DNA of 63,888 nucleotides, filler included, from Lenisia limosa (taxonomy: Eukaryota; Protista; Breviatea), in assembly GCA_001655205.1 (NCBI GenBank). It is 13 parts of 13 records of this genome, joined end to end, with 100 filler letters (N's around TTAATTAATTAA, not from the genome) between each part and the next. Parts side by side here need not be neighbours in the genome. Positions count along the whole stretch, not along the records: positions 7,725 to 28,265 come from LPNZ01010345.1; 12 more parts are not named here. One strand, written 5' to 3'. Below, one piece after another: positions 11,990 through 25,410 of this stretch (positions within the stretch are counted from its first letter, which is position 1; each line of letters starts with the position of its first letter). The position numbers and the translations under genes were made by a program. The notes beneath the pieces were generated by a model that saw nothing but the letters and a program-made list of their open reading frames with translations, was not told the DNA's origin and made no database searches.

Positions 11990-14358
11990 ATGTCAATCAT
12001 TCCTCAGATTCCCAAAAAAGTCTACGACATTATTGTAGTTGGCGCTGGAGCTGCCGGACTTCCTCTCTGTTACAGTTTGGCCAAAAAGGGCCTCGATGTC
12101 CTTTGTCTTGAGAAGAATGCTTCAGCTGGTGCCGGTGATGGCAAGACAGGTGAGCTGTGGTTTGAGTTATTTTATGGATCATCCTACATTTCCGATAATG
12201 AAACTGAGTAAAGCTGATTAAGTTCTTCAAAATGGTATAATAAGTGAATAGCGAGAAGCTCAATTACAACAATGGTTTGCATGACTTTCCCCTAAATCAA
12301 CTTTTGTTACACTGCAGCTATTGGAGGCTTCCGTGCCACCCATGCCTCTCCTGCCAAGGTTCAGCTCGGAATGAAGGCTCTGGAAGTCATCTCTACTTGG
12401 AAAGAGGTCCATGGAGACGATATTGAGTGGCAGAAGGGAGGGTTTGTGGGCGGTTATTCTTTAAATAAGTTATATAGAAGCGTTTCAAACGACTAGCCTC
12501 TACTTTGATTATTTCCTCCGAAGTTATGTGCATAATATCACCTTTTCTAGCTATGTCTTTACTGCTTTCGGTGATGCTGAAGAGAAGAAACTTGCTGGTC
12601 TTGTTCCTATGCATCGGTTGGTATTTTGACTTGATTGATCCTTTCATTTCCGTCTGCAAATCCTCCTTCCTTTGACCTTTATAGTTCATATGACATGAAA
12701 TCTGAGTTTATTGATACCGAGGCCATGACTAAACTTGTCCCTGGAATCAACACCAAGGGTCTCAATGGTGGCCTTTACACCTCTGAAGATGGAAACGCTT
12801 CCCCTATGCTTGTTATGCACGCTTATCACCGTGTTGCCAAGGAGGCCGGATGCAAGGTATGATGGAACTATTTTTGTGAATTATGAAGGACTGATTTTTT
12901 TTTTTTTTTGACTTCTTGGTTTTCCCCGAATTACTCTCAAATCACATCTGAACATTCATTTCACCATTCATCCCCACCTCCTACAGTTTGTCTACCATGA
13001 GACCGTTGAGAAGGTTAATGAAGTCGGTGGTAAGGTGACTGGTGTCACCACTCGCCATAATGGCGATATCTCCGCACCCATTGTTGTTGATTGTGCTGGA
13101 AAGTTCTCCGTCGACCTCTTCAAGGACTGTATGGATAACAATTTGCGATAATGTAAAATTGCTTGTTATTGTACTTACCACGTAGTCGCCTACTGCCCCC
13201 CTGTCAAGCCTGACATGCACGAGGCCCTCATCACCGAGCCTGTCCGCCCCATGGGTCTTAATGGACGTAATCTCCCCATGGTCGTCTGTTGGCGGGCTGG
13301 CTTTTTCTTTCATTTCTAACATGGCGTGTGGATTTGTACATATCCTTCAATTGCACTATTCATTGTCCAGGCACTACCCCTCAGGCTGCCACTGAGACTA
13401 CTCCTGGATCTTCTGTAAGCTTGACATGCCTTTCTTTTACTGTCATTTCCCCAACTCTATTGGGGTTTTTTTTTTTTTTTTTTTTNNNNNNNNNNNNNNN
13501 NNNNNNNNNNNNNNNNNNNNNNNNNNNNNNNNNNNNNNNNNNNNNNNNNNNNNNNNNNNNNNNGCTGATGCATTGTTGTTTGTTTATAACTTGTTGTTGG
13601 ATTTTCTCTTTGGACCGTACTAACCTCCGCATATTCTCCTTCAACTTTGACTTTCTCCAGTCTACCGTAAGTTGGGGTCCCTTGGTGGTTTTGTAAGCTT
13701 CTTTGCAAAACATCCCCAATTTTACATCCCCCCCCAGAGAACCTCCACGGACAAATCATCGGCTGCATCACCCCCAATCCCCTCATTCCCGGAACCGGCC
13801 GCGAGGAGACCTCTGCCTTCCTCCCCCAGGTCAGTACCTTGCCATTATATTTATCCATAAGCGTCTTCATGTTCTCACCGGCCAGATTGCCAAGCGTATG
13901 ATTGACCTGATTCCTTCTCTGTCCAACATTCGTGTTCGTCGTACCTGGAGAGGCATCTACCCCATGTCTGCTGATGGCTCACCAACAATCGGATGGAACC
14001 CCAACGTTGAAGGCCTTTTCCACAACACCTGCTGGGCTGGCCAAGGTGAGTTCTACTGCGATATGCTCAAATTCAACTGAATAATTGCCATAATATGGTA
14101 ATAATTACTTACTCAATCTAGGTCTTATGATCCCCCCTGGAGCCTCCCCTCATATTGCCAACGTCATCAACAACGAGATTGGAGATCTTGAGCTGTGCAT
14201 GCTCGATGAGTTCAAGGTACGATGAAATTAATATTTTAATGTTCACCAACTTGTCGTTTTTTGTTTCTCTTCTCTTACAAAGCCACCAGTTACAACATCT
14301 GACCCCCCTCCCCCAGGTCGACCGTGACATGTCTGGTGCAACCGAGGCCCTCAAGTAA
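11990..14358 (+). CDS. FAD-dependent oxidoreductase, DAO/sarcosine oxidase beta-subunit family
   Basis: YDIIVVGAGAAG Rossmann motif, AIGGFRATHASPAK, DGNASPMLV, IVVDCAG, HEALITEPV, RVRRTWRGIYPMSADGSPTIGW, WAGQGLMIPPG. About a dozen GT-AG introns; stop TAA at 14356-14358. Confidence 0.9.
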
Positions 14359-14466
14359 CTCTAGCCAAACGGCTGGCTTTTTATTTAATTATTGATGTAT
14401 AATACTGTAACTAACATTCAATGTGAGTCCTTTGTTCTTTCAATAATGAGATTAAATAGTGCCAAC

Positions 14467-16635
14467 TTAGTTAAAAATCGAAAAGGGGTCGTTCTGTTGA
14501 GTAGTGGGAGGGGCGGTTGCCGGAGGAGCAGCAAAGGGATCAAACAAACCAGAGCCTGAAAATATTATCAAATAAACTGAAGATTCTCAAAAATCACTTC
14601 ATGGAGTAAAATATTATTTTTTCAAGGTTTCATTTCATTTCTCTGCTGGTTTTCAAATCAAAGTGGAGTCCTGTTTTATATTGCCCAAAACCCCCCACCA
14701 GCAGCCCCAGCGGGGCTATTAAACGGGTCGTTAGCATCATTGGAGGCGAAGGGGTCAAAGGCTGGTGTTGTTGTTGGGGAGTCTGTTGACACAAGTGGTG
14801 CGCTTTCCACGGACTGCGGGGTATGAAATTCAAATTGGTATCAAATTGACACAATTGCTTGCCGTAAGTAGCATAGCACTAAAAACACCATTACACATAA
14901 GCCCACAAGTAGGGAGGGCTTCACTTCAGTTCGAAAAATACTGGAAAAATACCAATAGTTTTCGAGGATTTATCGAGAAATTCCGTCTTTTTTTTAACCG
15001 AAATGAAGCCCTACCCACAAGACGACAGCTCAGTAACTGTGTAAACCTGCCCTGTGTACTGTTGCTATTAACATGATGAAGAGGGTGGAGATTATCATAC
15101 TATTTTCAAAAGAAAACGATGATCACAGTATTAGTTTGCCATGAGTCTCAAACGGACGTAATGCTAGATAAACCAAACCGCTGCTTGAACGGGTGGAGGC
15201 ACAGGTTGAGGAGCGGGGGCTTTGTGTTCATGGGGGCGGATGATTTGAGGGGGTGGAATAAAGGCACGAGAGGTGTGGTGGGGCTTGGGTTTAGCCTAAA
15301 CTGTCAGAAATGGCTGAGACTTTTTTGTAAAAAAAAGAGAGTAATATCCTGTCAATATTACTAATTCTGTAGGCAAATCAAAATGCAACCAACCAACTCT
15401 CCCCTCAAACTGCTTTCACATTAACGTTGATCTTGATTGTTTCTCCTTCCTTGAATGAGTAGTCCTGTGGAAGGTAAAGAGTGCCATGTTACTTGATAGG
15501 AAGCAAAGGAGCAGAGAAAAAAATTATGAAAGAGATGATAAAATGATAAATAAATATGGCAGTTTCCGCTTACAACATCAGGGGGAGCGTTCTCGTTAAA
15601 CTCTTTACGAGCCTTTACCATCCTAAAAAATAAACAAATCAGTTAGATGACCATTTTTATCTGAGAAAATTGATGCGAATTTGTTTTGCGTTAGGGAGAT
15701 TTTCAGAAGAATAATCGAAAATTTGTAATACCTTCGGGAAAATTGTTCTTGCTCTTTAATTTTGGTACAGAGTATAGATAATTTAACAATATCAACATGG
15801 GTACAATAATTGCTATATCCCCCCAAAAAAGCTGAGGAGGATGGGAGGGGGTAAATGAAAGAATTTGAATGAATATTGAATGAAAGAGAAGGGGGGCTTA
15901 CTTTCTGTGGTCCTGAATAGCCATATTGAAGTCGAAGGCCAATGAGCGATCATTGAAACCCATTCCAATGAAGGCATGTTTGCCTGGAGCGATATTAATA
16001 CTCTCTGAATAATATAATTGATATCGATATAATATATTATGATGATGTCACAACGAATAGACACGTAATAGAACTTCAAATGCCCAACCCCATCGATAAT
16101 ATTGTCACATTCAGCCCAGCAAACCATGTCCATCATCGATACGAATCACGAAGTACCTTGAGCTATCAACCACTGGCTCAAGGCCTCCCGAATGGGGGTC
16201 GTTGGGAATGGGAGCTCTGGCAAACTCGGAACCTGAAAATGGTATGATGAGTATCCTTCTTTGTTCAAAAAACGACAGTGTCAAACAAACCACATTAATT
16301 ACTTCGCCGGAAGGATAGCAAAACTCTATAATGACCCCAAATCAGTGGAGGCAGAAACTCCTCACCATTGTTTTTATCAAGAAGAATGACAACACAGTCA
16401 TCGCCTTTGGCAACCACCTTCAGCTTTCCAGACCACAAAAAGTTCGACACTCCCCAATCTTGTGCTCTACATATGTAAGAGGGACCCGTGGGCGGAAAGA
16501 GGCGAAGAATAGAGGAAGGAAACCACCCTTGACCAACTTATATCCGTCAGCAGTAGTGCGAGGTGGAATTTTGTATACAAAACACTCATTAGCGAGCATC
16601 AACGTCTGCTCAGGCTCCTCTGACATTATAGCCAC
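14467..16635 (-). CDS. NECAP: Adaptin ear-binding coat-associated protein (NECAP, PHear domain)
   Basis: CFVYKIPPRTTADGYK, LEPVVDSSRYFVIRIDDG, HAFIGMGFNDRSLAFDFNMAIQDH, YSFKEGETIKINV; Pro-rich tail with DPF motifs ending NDPFSIFN*. Confidence 0.93.
14910..15013. mobile_element. hAT-type MITE copy in a NECAP intron
   Basis: TIR TAGGG..CTTCACTTC / AATGAAGCCCTA flanked by a perfect 8-bp duplication CCCACAAG (14902-14909, 15014-15021). Confidence 0.85.
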
Positions 16636-16875
16636 CTAACAAAGAAAACTAATCTGATGAATTCAAGTTGAGATTTAACTATATACTCCTTTATTTCTTT
16701 AATATCCTTTGAGAAACACCATTTCTAGAGAAAAAAAACCTCAAAGGTGCTTACATATGTAGCTGATGTAACAGTGACTGAAATGGTAACTACAGCCTTT
16801 CCTAAACAATTAATTGACACTAATTAAAATTAGCAGTGTGAATATTAATAAAAGAGAAGAAGAAATTAGGCAACC

Positions 16876-18600
16876 ATGGACACAATGGTGAGTTATTTAC
16901 TATTTTGTCACAATATTGTGACCATTCATCTTCAATTTACTACAAACAGATATAATATTCCCTTTTTACACAATTACAGGGGATTGAAGAAGGGAAAGAC
17001 CCCTGTTTCCCTCAAAAGCTTGGTGAACTCTGTTCCTCGCTACCCCCCAGTGCGCAACAAGAGCTCACTGCAAAGATTAAAGAACTTCAGAATCATTTGC
17101 AGAGTATTTCGCCGAAAATACAGCGTCCCCCGTGCCCGCCTCCTCAATCATCACCACCTTCTTCATACTCCATTCCCCAATCCAGGAAGCGACCAGCATC
17201 ACCACAAGTCCGGCAAAATCCTTCCAGAAATGTTCCTCCTTCAAAGACAAGTTCTTTTAATGGAAATTCTGCGTCATTTGCACCGAACAATCCGTTTAAT
17301 TCAGAACCGAAAGGACCTCAACAAGTTGAGAATGGAATTTGTGTGACAAGGTTGGGTATGACTCTCCACAAAGATGATCCTGTCTGTAGCTTTTGTGAAT
17401 TTCATCATTTTAGATTAACAGAAGAGATTCCTGGTGCCCGTGTAGTCGCCCGAGTCACCGAAATTGACCAGCATGACATGTCATCAGAAGATGAGGCTGA
17501 CCCCGTCCAAACGATTCCAACGTTTTCAAAGGAAGAATTCAAGAACTTGGACCTTACTGAAGAAGCTGATGAGTTTTACTACCAGCTTTTGCAAGAAGCT
17601 TCTAATCTTTCAACTGAGGTAACCATTATTGAAGGAGGATCACATCTTATAACCTAGGCTGAAGATTCCCCTTCAGCTATTCCGCCATCACCAAAGCTCT
17701 TCATCAACAGTAATTCAACATTTCCCGTCTATGCGGACTCTCTTCAAGTTTGAAATATTATCACAAATCCTTATTTGAATTTCAGCCAAATCCTCAACAG
17801 GAGAGGGAGAAAATTAAGCCTAGAGATCTTCAAACTGATGTTGCTCCGACTTTTTCTGGTTGGCTTGATATGATACCATTGCCAATCATTCACATATCAA
17901 GAAGTCAGCTCTTCAAAACTACCTCCTCGACCATTGCTTTTCGATACAAAACATTTTCAGGTTTGTGTGTTTACTTTGATAAAGTTTCATGTGAAATTTG
18001 AAATCGCTTTTTTTGGCAAAGTTTCACCTATTAGGAACTGGATGAATTGAAGATTCAAGAATCACAACGAAGATGCTCTTCACCCTTCCCTTCTCTCAGT
18101 CAAATGTCCTCAAAGAATGGTGACGACTCATCTTCTCAAGAGTCTATGAGCTCTCCCGATACCCAAATAAATAGGGGTAAGTAGAGGTCCAATTAGGAAT
18201 AGCATTTCAATTTCAATTCATTACAAGAAGAACTTGAAGAAAATGACGCGAGCCCTGCTGTGAGTGAATCACCCGAAACAGACAACAGTTCATTTGAAAA
18301 TATGTAAGTATAATAGCAATTGTGATTGTGTAATACTAATCTTTAATAAGTTTATGACAGAATATCATCGCGATCAAGCTGCCCATCACCTTCATCATCG
18401 GCGCTTTCACAAAATATGGAGGAAGAGTCCTCCCCACAGTCATCGATGAAATCGCAACATTCACAACAGGTTTGAAATTGTGTTAATTTTCAAGCTATTT
18501 GCTCCGATAATCTCATCAAATAGGAAATGAAGCCGAATCCTCTCTTAATGCCAGGTTTGAGAGACTATATCATCATATTGGAAAATCCCGTGACTAGAAT
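16876..18600 (+). CDS. Hypothetical Ser/Pro/Glu-rich protein, spliced
   Basis: MDTM followed by a GT donor, then open GT-AG exons (GIEEGKDPCFPQKLGELC.., EEFKNLDLTEEADEFYYQLLQEAS, ..). Low complexity; 3' end approximate. Confidence 0.55.
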
Positions 18601-18619
18601 AGGATGATTGCTCATAATC

Positions 18620-21600
18620 TAGGGTGCCTCACAACGCTTCCCTCTAGCCAACTTATGGAGTGGTGTGAATCCACCCCCGGTGATGTGGTGGATAGCTTTT
18701 TAGCTTCAGAAATGATGCTTCTTGGACATAAATTGATGGTAAGCGTTGGGTGTAAATGATGCTTCTTGGACATAAATTGATAGTAAGTGTTGTTTGTAAA
18801 TGATGTTCTTTTCAAGTTTTATCCCTTTAGGCGAAATCCTTCTCCTAGCATTAACTCTTCTAACTATGGTAAGATCTTATGAATGTGCTGGCATTTTGGT
18901 CGGACTTCAAGTAGTTTTGAGCTGGGTTTGTATGATACGTCACTAAATGAAGGGTTAAGGACTCAGAATACCACAAACTACTAATAAATCAACTCTCTTA
19001 ACCTGGAATAATACACACAAATAAAACATAAACTAGTGATACACTGGGTGACGTGGTGGCCACTGTATTGAGCCATCAACCTTCCATTCCATGATGAATA
19101 CGCAACCTTGATAGTCAGTTAGGACTAATACACATACAACCGCCGGACTTTATGGTCCAATTCAAGAGACTTTACTGCAAAAAAATACTTAAGGATGTAA
19201 TTAACAAACTATTCTCAGTATCCAACTACCTCATGTTGCCAGTTCCGGTGGAGGTTGGTAGATGCTTTCAAACGTTTCAGATGGTAATGGTCTCGTCCTA
19301 TAAAATGAAACTCAGCTGGTAAAGTATTATTTCACAAAATTCAAATAAAAGATAAAAAAAGACATGTATGACAATAGAATTTGGAAACACAAGTGGAGAG
19401 GCCTACCCTGTGAGCTTCCCAAAAGAGTCACCAAGAGGAGGCATTGTATGTCCTGATTATTAGTTTGAAAATTGAGGTTTTTTTTCATAAATTCGATTTT
19501 AAATCAAAGAAATCAAATGAAACTATGCTCAACACCATTACAACAAGAAGACTTAAAGATCACCTTCCATGACCATGTGAAAATCCCCCCAAACGTAATA
19601 GGAGCGATGTGCGGCCGCGAGCCCAATTAAGCTTGAGTACTGAGGATTGTGGTGGAGGTGGCATAGGCGGCGGGTGCGGTGCCACCGTATGGCTCTTTGA
19701 GAATAAAGAAAGGAACAGTTCAATCTATCATAAAGGAGGGTTCGATTAATACTGTGACGGAACAGTAAATCAAGGCTAAATAATTTGGTCGAAGTTTTCC
19801 ATATTTTCATGGAGCATGATATATATTGTATGTATACATACATTATATTATATGTAGAAATGAGAAATAAAAAACAAGGTTATATCTGGCCGTCACACCA
19901 TAGAGCATGATAGTTGCATCATAAATTCACCCAATATTTATCACATATCAAAGGGGTGGTGGAAGGGCTTCACTTTGGTTCGAAAAGTCCGGTAAACTAT
20001 CGATAATTTTCGAGGATTTATTGAGAAATTCAATCTTGTTTCGGACCGAAGTGAAGCCCTAGGTGGGGGAAGGGTGGAAGGGTCCCCGTCTACTTGTACG
20101 GTTGAATCAACGAACTGCTTCTGTGACTTTGTTTTCCAGGATCTTGAGGGAGGGCGCCCCAAGGATTTTGACCTAAAAAGTTACATCACCAAATAACACA
20201 CACTCCATTAATACATGTTTAATGTATAATATGATATACATAATATCATATACTATATCGATATGATATAGTATCTAGTAATTATATCATATAATATAAG
20301 ATTCCTATTTTGGCAGTCTTTTCTGAAACAAAGAAAAGAAACACCCAACAATCTCATTATGAGTTATCATTCAAACTCATATTGTCTCTTAGCTAAGAAA
20401 AGTTTTCTGAGTATTGTGCAACTGTTGTAATAATTCCATTCCTTGGACCCTCTTACTCATATTGGGGGTGCTCAGTTTTCTCAGGCATTGGAATTGGTAC
20501 AACTGTTGTTTCGGCTTTTTGACTAGATGAATTACGAGAAGAGTTGGGGCTTTTGAATGGACTGATAACGCTTGTTGATTCTTCATAAAATAGAGGATTC
20601 TGATAACCTCGGCATCAACACAAGAGGTTAATGAATCTTACACAGATTGCTTATGACGATGGCTTCGAGCAGAGGTGAGGGACTTGGAAACCTGAGGTGG
20701 GGGTGAAATCAAAACCAGGGTTGGAAGATGATGCGTATAGTAAAAACAGACAAATCACAAATCAATGCAAAATTGCCCCTCCAACTTCCGAGGAAGTGTG
20801 GTATGCCCTAAACGTAGGTTGTGTGTGGGGAAGCCTTGCTGGTGAAGCAGGGGGTGATCTGAAGGTCAAAACTGTCTGCTTTTTACAATTGAATCAAAAA
20901 ACGCGACAGCATCACAATAAACCATCAACCTACGTTGGCGTTGGGAGGGTTGTAAGCTGGCCATGAAGTCGATCAATCCAATTGCCCTTGCCCAAGTCTA
21001 GTACTTCGACGAGCGGCTCAGAAATGCCTAAGAAACGTCATAAATATCTTTTATTGAGTACAATAAAACCCTACAAAAAGATCTTCGCATGCAGAAAAAT
21101 TACAAGGTCCTATCTTAATGAAATAGGTGGACACATGACAACATATAATTACTCACGTTTTTTCTTTTGTGGTTTCTTGGAGTCCTTTGGAGTCTTCTGT
21201 GATATCTCGGGAGAGGTTACTTCAGGAATTGAGGAGGAGATAAAGCCAGGCTGTAAAGACGCTGTGGCTGTAAATGAGGGGAAATTAAGCCAGGGATTAA
21301 AGGGTTACCTAGGAAAAGAGGGGGGACTGGGGAAACAGACGGGCTTGACTTTTCCGGAGGCCTAAAAGTCAATATTCCGCATGTAGTAGGTGACACCTTG
21401 TTATTGCTGAAGAAGCTAGATGAAGGAATGAACCAAAAAACGAAGCTGTGTTCCTCCAACCGTGAATATCCGTCCATATTAGGTGCGGCTAGCAGTGATC
21501 CTTGCGATATATAGGCAGCATTGTTGGATGTGAATGCTGAAAAAGTTAACAAACACTAAGCCAGTTGGAATTTTCAAAGAAAACGGCATTATATGTACAA

Positions 21601-22090
21601 TGTTTTGATATATGATATACGATACATATGATATCATACAATATACTATGTATGTAGACCTGTAAAAACACAAGTGTCAGACTATCATTTTCTGTCATTT
21701 ATCCCATATCCTCTTGCAATAGAGCCTACCCGAAATAGACTTTCTGCGTGCCGCCATTGGCATTGCGGGGTTCAATCCGGGCGCTCTGCTGATGTAGGAA
21801 AGTGACCCTCGGCGATGATGCGTATTTGCCGGTAGCGGTGTGGGAGTAAAGGGCTTGGCTCCAAATGGGGAGATGTTGGGGGACCTGTTACATGACTGTG
21901 GTTTCCAAGTAGAAGTGATGTTGACATATTATATCCAGTAGTGACAAAAAGACGTATCTCTCAAATATCGAAAACAAGCTGTCTTTTACGCCAAGATGGA
22001 GGCCCACCCCTTACCTTGTGATAGACCTTGAGCGCGAGCGCGAACGCGGGGGGGAAACGGAAGGCGAACGGGTTAACACAGTTTGCGGCG
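18620..22090 (-). CDS. One or more hypothetical Ser/Pro-rich spliced genes
   Basis: Series of minus-strand exons with GT-AG boundaries (RSRSRSRSITR, SPNISPFGAKPFTPTPLP, ISEPLVEVLDLGKGNWIDRLHGQL). Gene boundaries not resolved. Confidence 0.35.
18710..18807. repeat. 44-bp tandem repeat (~2.2 units)
   Basis: Unit AAATGATGCTTCTTGGACATAAATTGATRGTAAGYGTTGKKTGT. Confidence 0.85.
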
Positions 22091-22129
22091 TTTTGGTCTA
22101 TTTTTGTCAGAAAGAAAGGTAAAGCCAAG

Positions 22130-24571
22130 TGGAAAAATGGTAGGGCTTCTACAAAAGACCCAGAGCTTTCCTAATATCTTTGAGTTCAGTAAAGTTGACA
22201 ACACTTTCTCAAACCTCTGCAAAAGGTGGTGCGCTTGTAGGGTGATTGGTCAGAGTCTTGTTTGGGGGATGAATGAAACTGATCATTCGATCGGCCAGGC
22301 CTCGGCCCAATAAATGAAGAGGTTTATGCCGAACAAAGGAGTGAAGAGAAAGCTGTTACATCAGAGAAGAACAATTGTAAACAAAGAAAATAGTATGAAT
22401 GATAAAAGTAACCTCCTTTTGAAGGATTTATCTTATATCACGTATCGTACCCACAGTTGGCCCTTGTATTCCCATTCGCTTCAAGACTTCAAGAAAGGCC
22501 TATAATAAGGAGATCATTTTTTCAGATAATGATAGCTATTTATTGGGAGCAAGAAAAAGGATATCTAAAAAAATAGGGATCCCTTTCACAATATCAATCA
22601 CGAGTATGTTTTGAAAGCAATCTACTTATTAGCTTACCTCATCAGTAGCCGCTTCCAAATTTGGAAAGTAGTATTCTCGACACCGTTGGTATATCAAATC
22701 CAGCATTGTGGTACCTAAGGCGTTTAGATTCACAATCCTGCGGGAACACTTCACTTGGCTACCTTCAGAGATTTGCTTGAAAGAAAAAAACTCCACATAT
22801 GGAAGAAGAGGAGGGATACTACCTACATTATTAACCTTTTGACAATCTAAAATTGACTTTAGTCAAGGCTTCACTGTGGTTCAAAAAAAGACTTCTCGAT
22901 AAATCCTCGAAATCTATCGATATTTTTACGAGTTTTTTCGAACCGAAGTGAAGGAAAATTGACTTCAGTTCCAAGCAACCAACCAGTTGACAGAGATGAC
23001 TCAACAATCTGCGTGAAGGACCTTGCGGTAATTCCAGATGATACGTTGGTATCCGACTCCCAAATTACTTCCCGCGCGTCACTCTGTGGTGGCTCATGAT
23101 ATCGGTGTGATATGGAGAAGGATTAGATTCTTTATTATTTTGGAAAAGCCCAAGTATTGAATACACATGTTAACAATTGGAGAAAAGACAGAGGCCGAAA
23201 ATTACTAATCATAATCATGCAAATACACTTTGTCATATACTACACAATGGCCACCCACCGGTTTGATTGCTGTTTTGGCTGCTCTACATACTACCGCTAA
23301 AGATCTTGACGTCAAAATCTTCACTCTCGGCCGAACAGGAGTTGTCTACGATGTGAGGAAAGGGTTGTCTGATAAAGATTTGCACAATAAAAACAAAAAT
23401 AGAGGCAAACTGACCCCCCAACCTTTTTCGCGGGTGATGGTGGAGGTGAAGGTTGCTTGGGAACTGGAGTTCTAAAGAAAAATGAAATATTTCATGAAAA
23501 AAAAGAGAATTATTAGGTCGCATACTATTGTTGAAAAAGAGGTATTTTGAAATTAAAAAGTCCACTCACTTAGCGATTTTCTTTGTTCTTCTTTTAGCTG
23601 GCGACTTTGGTTCTGCGAAGGTAAGAAGTGCCCAAAAAATAAATAAAAGTGAATATGTCTTTGAACAACCTCAAGCATTTTTTGATGAATTGCTTACCAC
23701 TCGGAGGTCCTGCTACTTGGGGAATTTCACTACTTTTTGTCTAAAGCGTGATTATTGAATATACATTCTCTTTCTAGTGGTGATAGGGCACAAAAAGTTG
23801 GTTACACGCGTACAGTCGTTTGCTGGTTAGATGCTTCTTGACTCGAGGGAGACGGGAGATCAGACTTATCAGTTAGATGATCAGAAATGTAAATGCATGA
23901 AACAAGTCAAACTTTGCCCAACCATTCATATTTCAATCAGCAGAAACCTCAAGTTACTCAAAATAAATAATCCTTATCAGCACCAGTCGAACTTTGCTGC
24001 AAGACAGACACCCCACCTCCAAAGGTTCCGACTCCCATGGTGAGAAATCAGTGGTCTTCTTTGCAGTCACGGGTGTAGCCTGTATTATCACAGGGAAGTG
24101 AAATGACAACAAACCAAAACACGAGAGATTTAAAATAATTCATCTTATTGTAACATAGGCCGTGAAGCCACGAGTATTTATAAATTTATTAGTTTTAATG
24201 CCTCAACCGCTATCCGATTGACAAGCCTCACCAAGGGAGTTGAAAGGGCCTCGTCAGCCAGGGGTGGGGGAGGAGCGTTTTTCGGTGGAGGACGGGACAC
24301 ACTGGACTGGGCAGTTTGAGGCCCATCGTCCTTCGGCTTCGGCTTCTTTGCTTTTGGCCTTGGGGGTAAAACTGTCATATGGAAAAGATGTTTGAAGTTG
24401 AAGATGGCAGTAACTGCTTCAAAAAGCTTACTTTGTTTGCTTCTGGTGATGTTCCTCTGGTGTTGGTTTGGGCTTTTTGGTTGCGGTTTCACTGAGAGTC
24501 AAAACGTACTTAAAAGCATCATTGAAGAGGTGGATCACGTCAGTTTCTCTGAAGTCCAGCTTCTTGGCCAT
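22130..24571 (-). CDS. Hypothetical protein, Lys/Pro-rich N-terminus, spliced
   Basis: MAKKLDFRETDVIHLFNDAF start, KPKPKDDGPQ..PPPPLADE, VNLNALGTTMLDLIYQRCREYYFPNLEAATDE, AFLEVLKRMGIQGPTV, LSLHSFVRHKPLHLLGRGLADRMISF, with GT-AG introns. 3' end approximate. Confidence 0.55.
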
Positions 24572-25410
24572 CCTGTCAATCCAAATCAATCTGGTAACTG
24601 ACGGCTAATTGGAAACGTGACTATGTTGCCCTCATCTTGAAGTGGATACTGAAAGAGGGCAAGGTGTTCAGGGAGAGATGGATGGGACTGCGGTTGTTAG
24701 CAAACTAGCTCACAGGAACTGCCATCAAGTAATACAGACTATTTTGGTATGATATTCGAGTAGAGATAGGGGGGAGAGGTCGTGTGGGAGTTACGACCGA
24801 TTGCTATTGCTGTCCAAGAATTGCTCTTCTTCTTCATGCAGCGTGCAGGTATCAAACAAGCTTAAATTATTATTTATCAGTTGTATTAGAATGAATTGAT
24901 ATCTACTTTTTTTTTTGCCTTCCCCCTTTTTATTCCCGGTTCTCAGTCATCACCCCTCCTTCACTCTTTACAGTCTTCCCTCCACAGTCCCTCAAAGTGC
25001 TCCAAATAGCCCCATCCCCAATGAGAGATAAAATAATGTGCATTATGATAAATAATTAATTAGAGCGGAAATCACACGTCACATCAAGCAGGTTTCTGAA
25101 AAATTAGAAAAGAAAATATTTTTAGTTCTGAAGCTAAAAGAAGGTGTCAGGACCAACCCAAAAAGGGGGATTAGTTAAAATCGTTAGCATGTGATCCACT
25201 TAACGTGTGAAAAACTCACCCCAAAAAGCTTTACACTTGCCTCATTCCAAATGCCTAAGAGCATCATTCACCATATTTATTCTTCTGAATCCATTCCCTC
25301 TTACATTATAAGCTTGAAGACAATGGGGCAAAATGCGCTCACAGCGTAATAGATGAATACTACATAAGTTAGATCTAAACAACAAATCTAACAGGGGAAA
25401 GAAAAAAAAG

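Noticed and set aside
19560-19710. Formin FH1-FH2 junction (PPPMPPPPQSSVLKLNW)
   Set aside because: Following exons show no FH2 motifs; a single short resemblance is insufficient.
25140-25205. Fourth snoRNA in the next intron (CTGA plus AAGTG/CACCTT flanks)
   Set aside because: No canonical C box (only GTGGATCA), about 50 nt long, and no recognisable guide.
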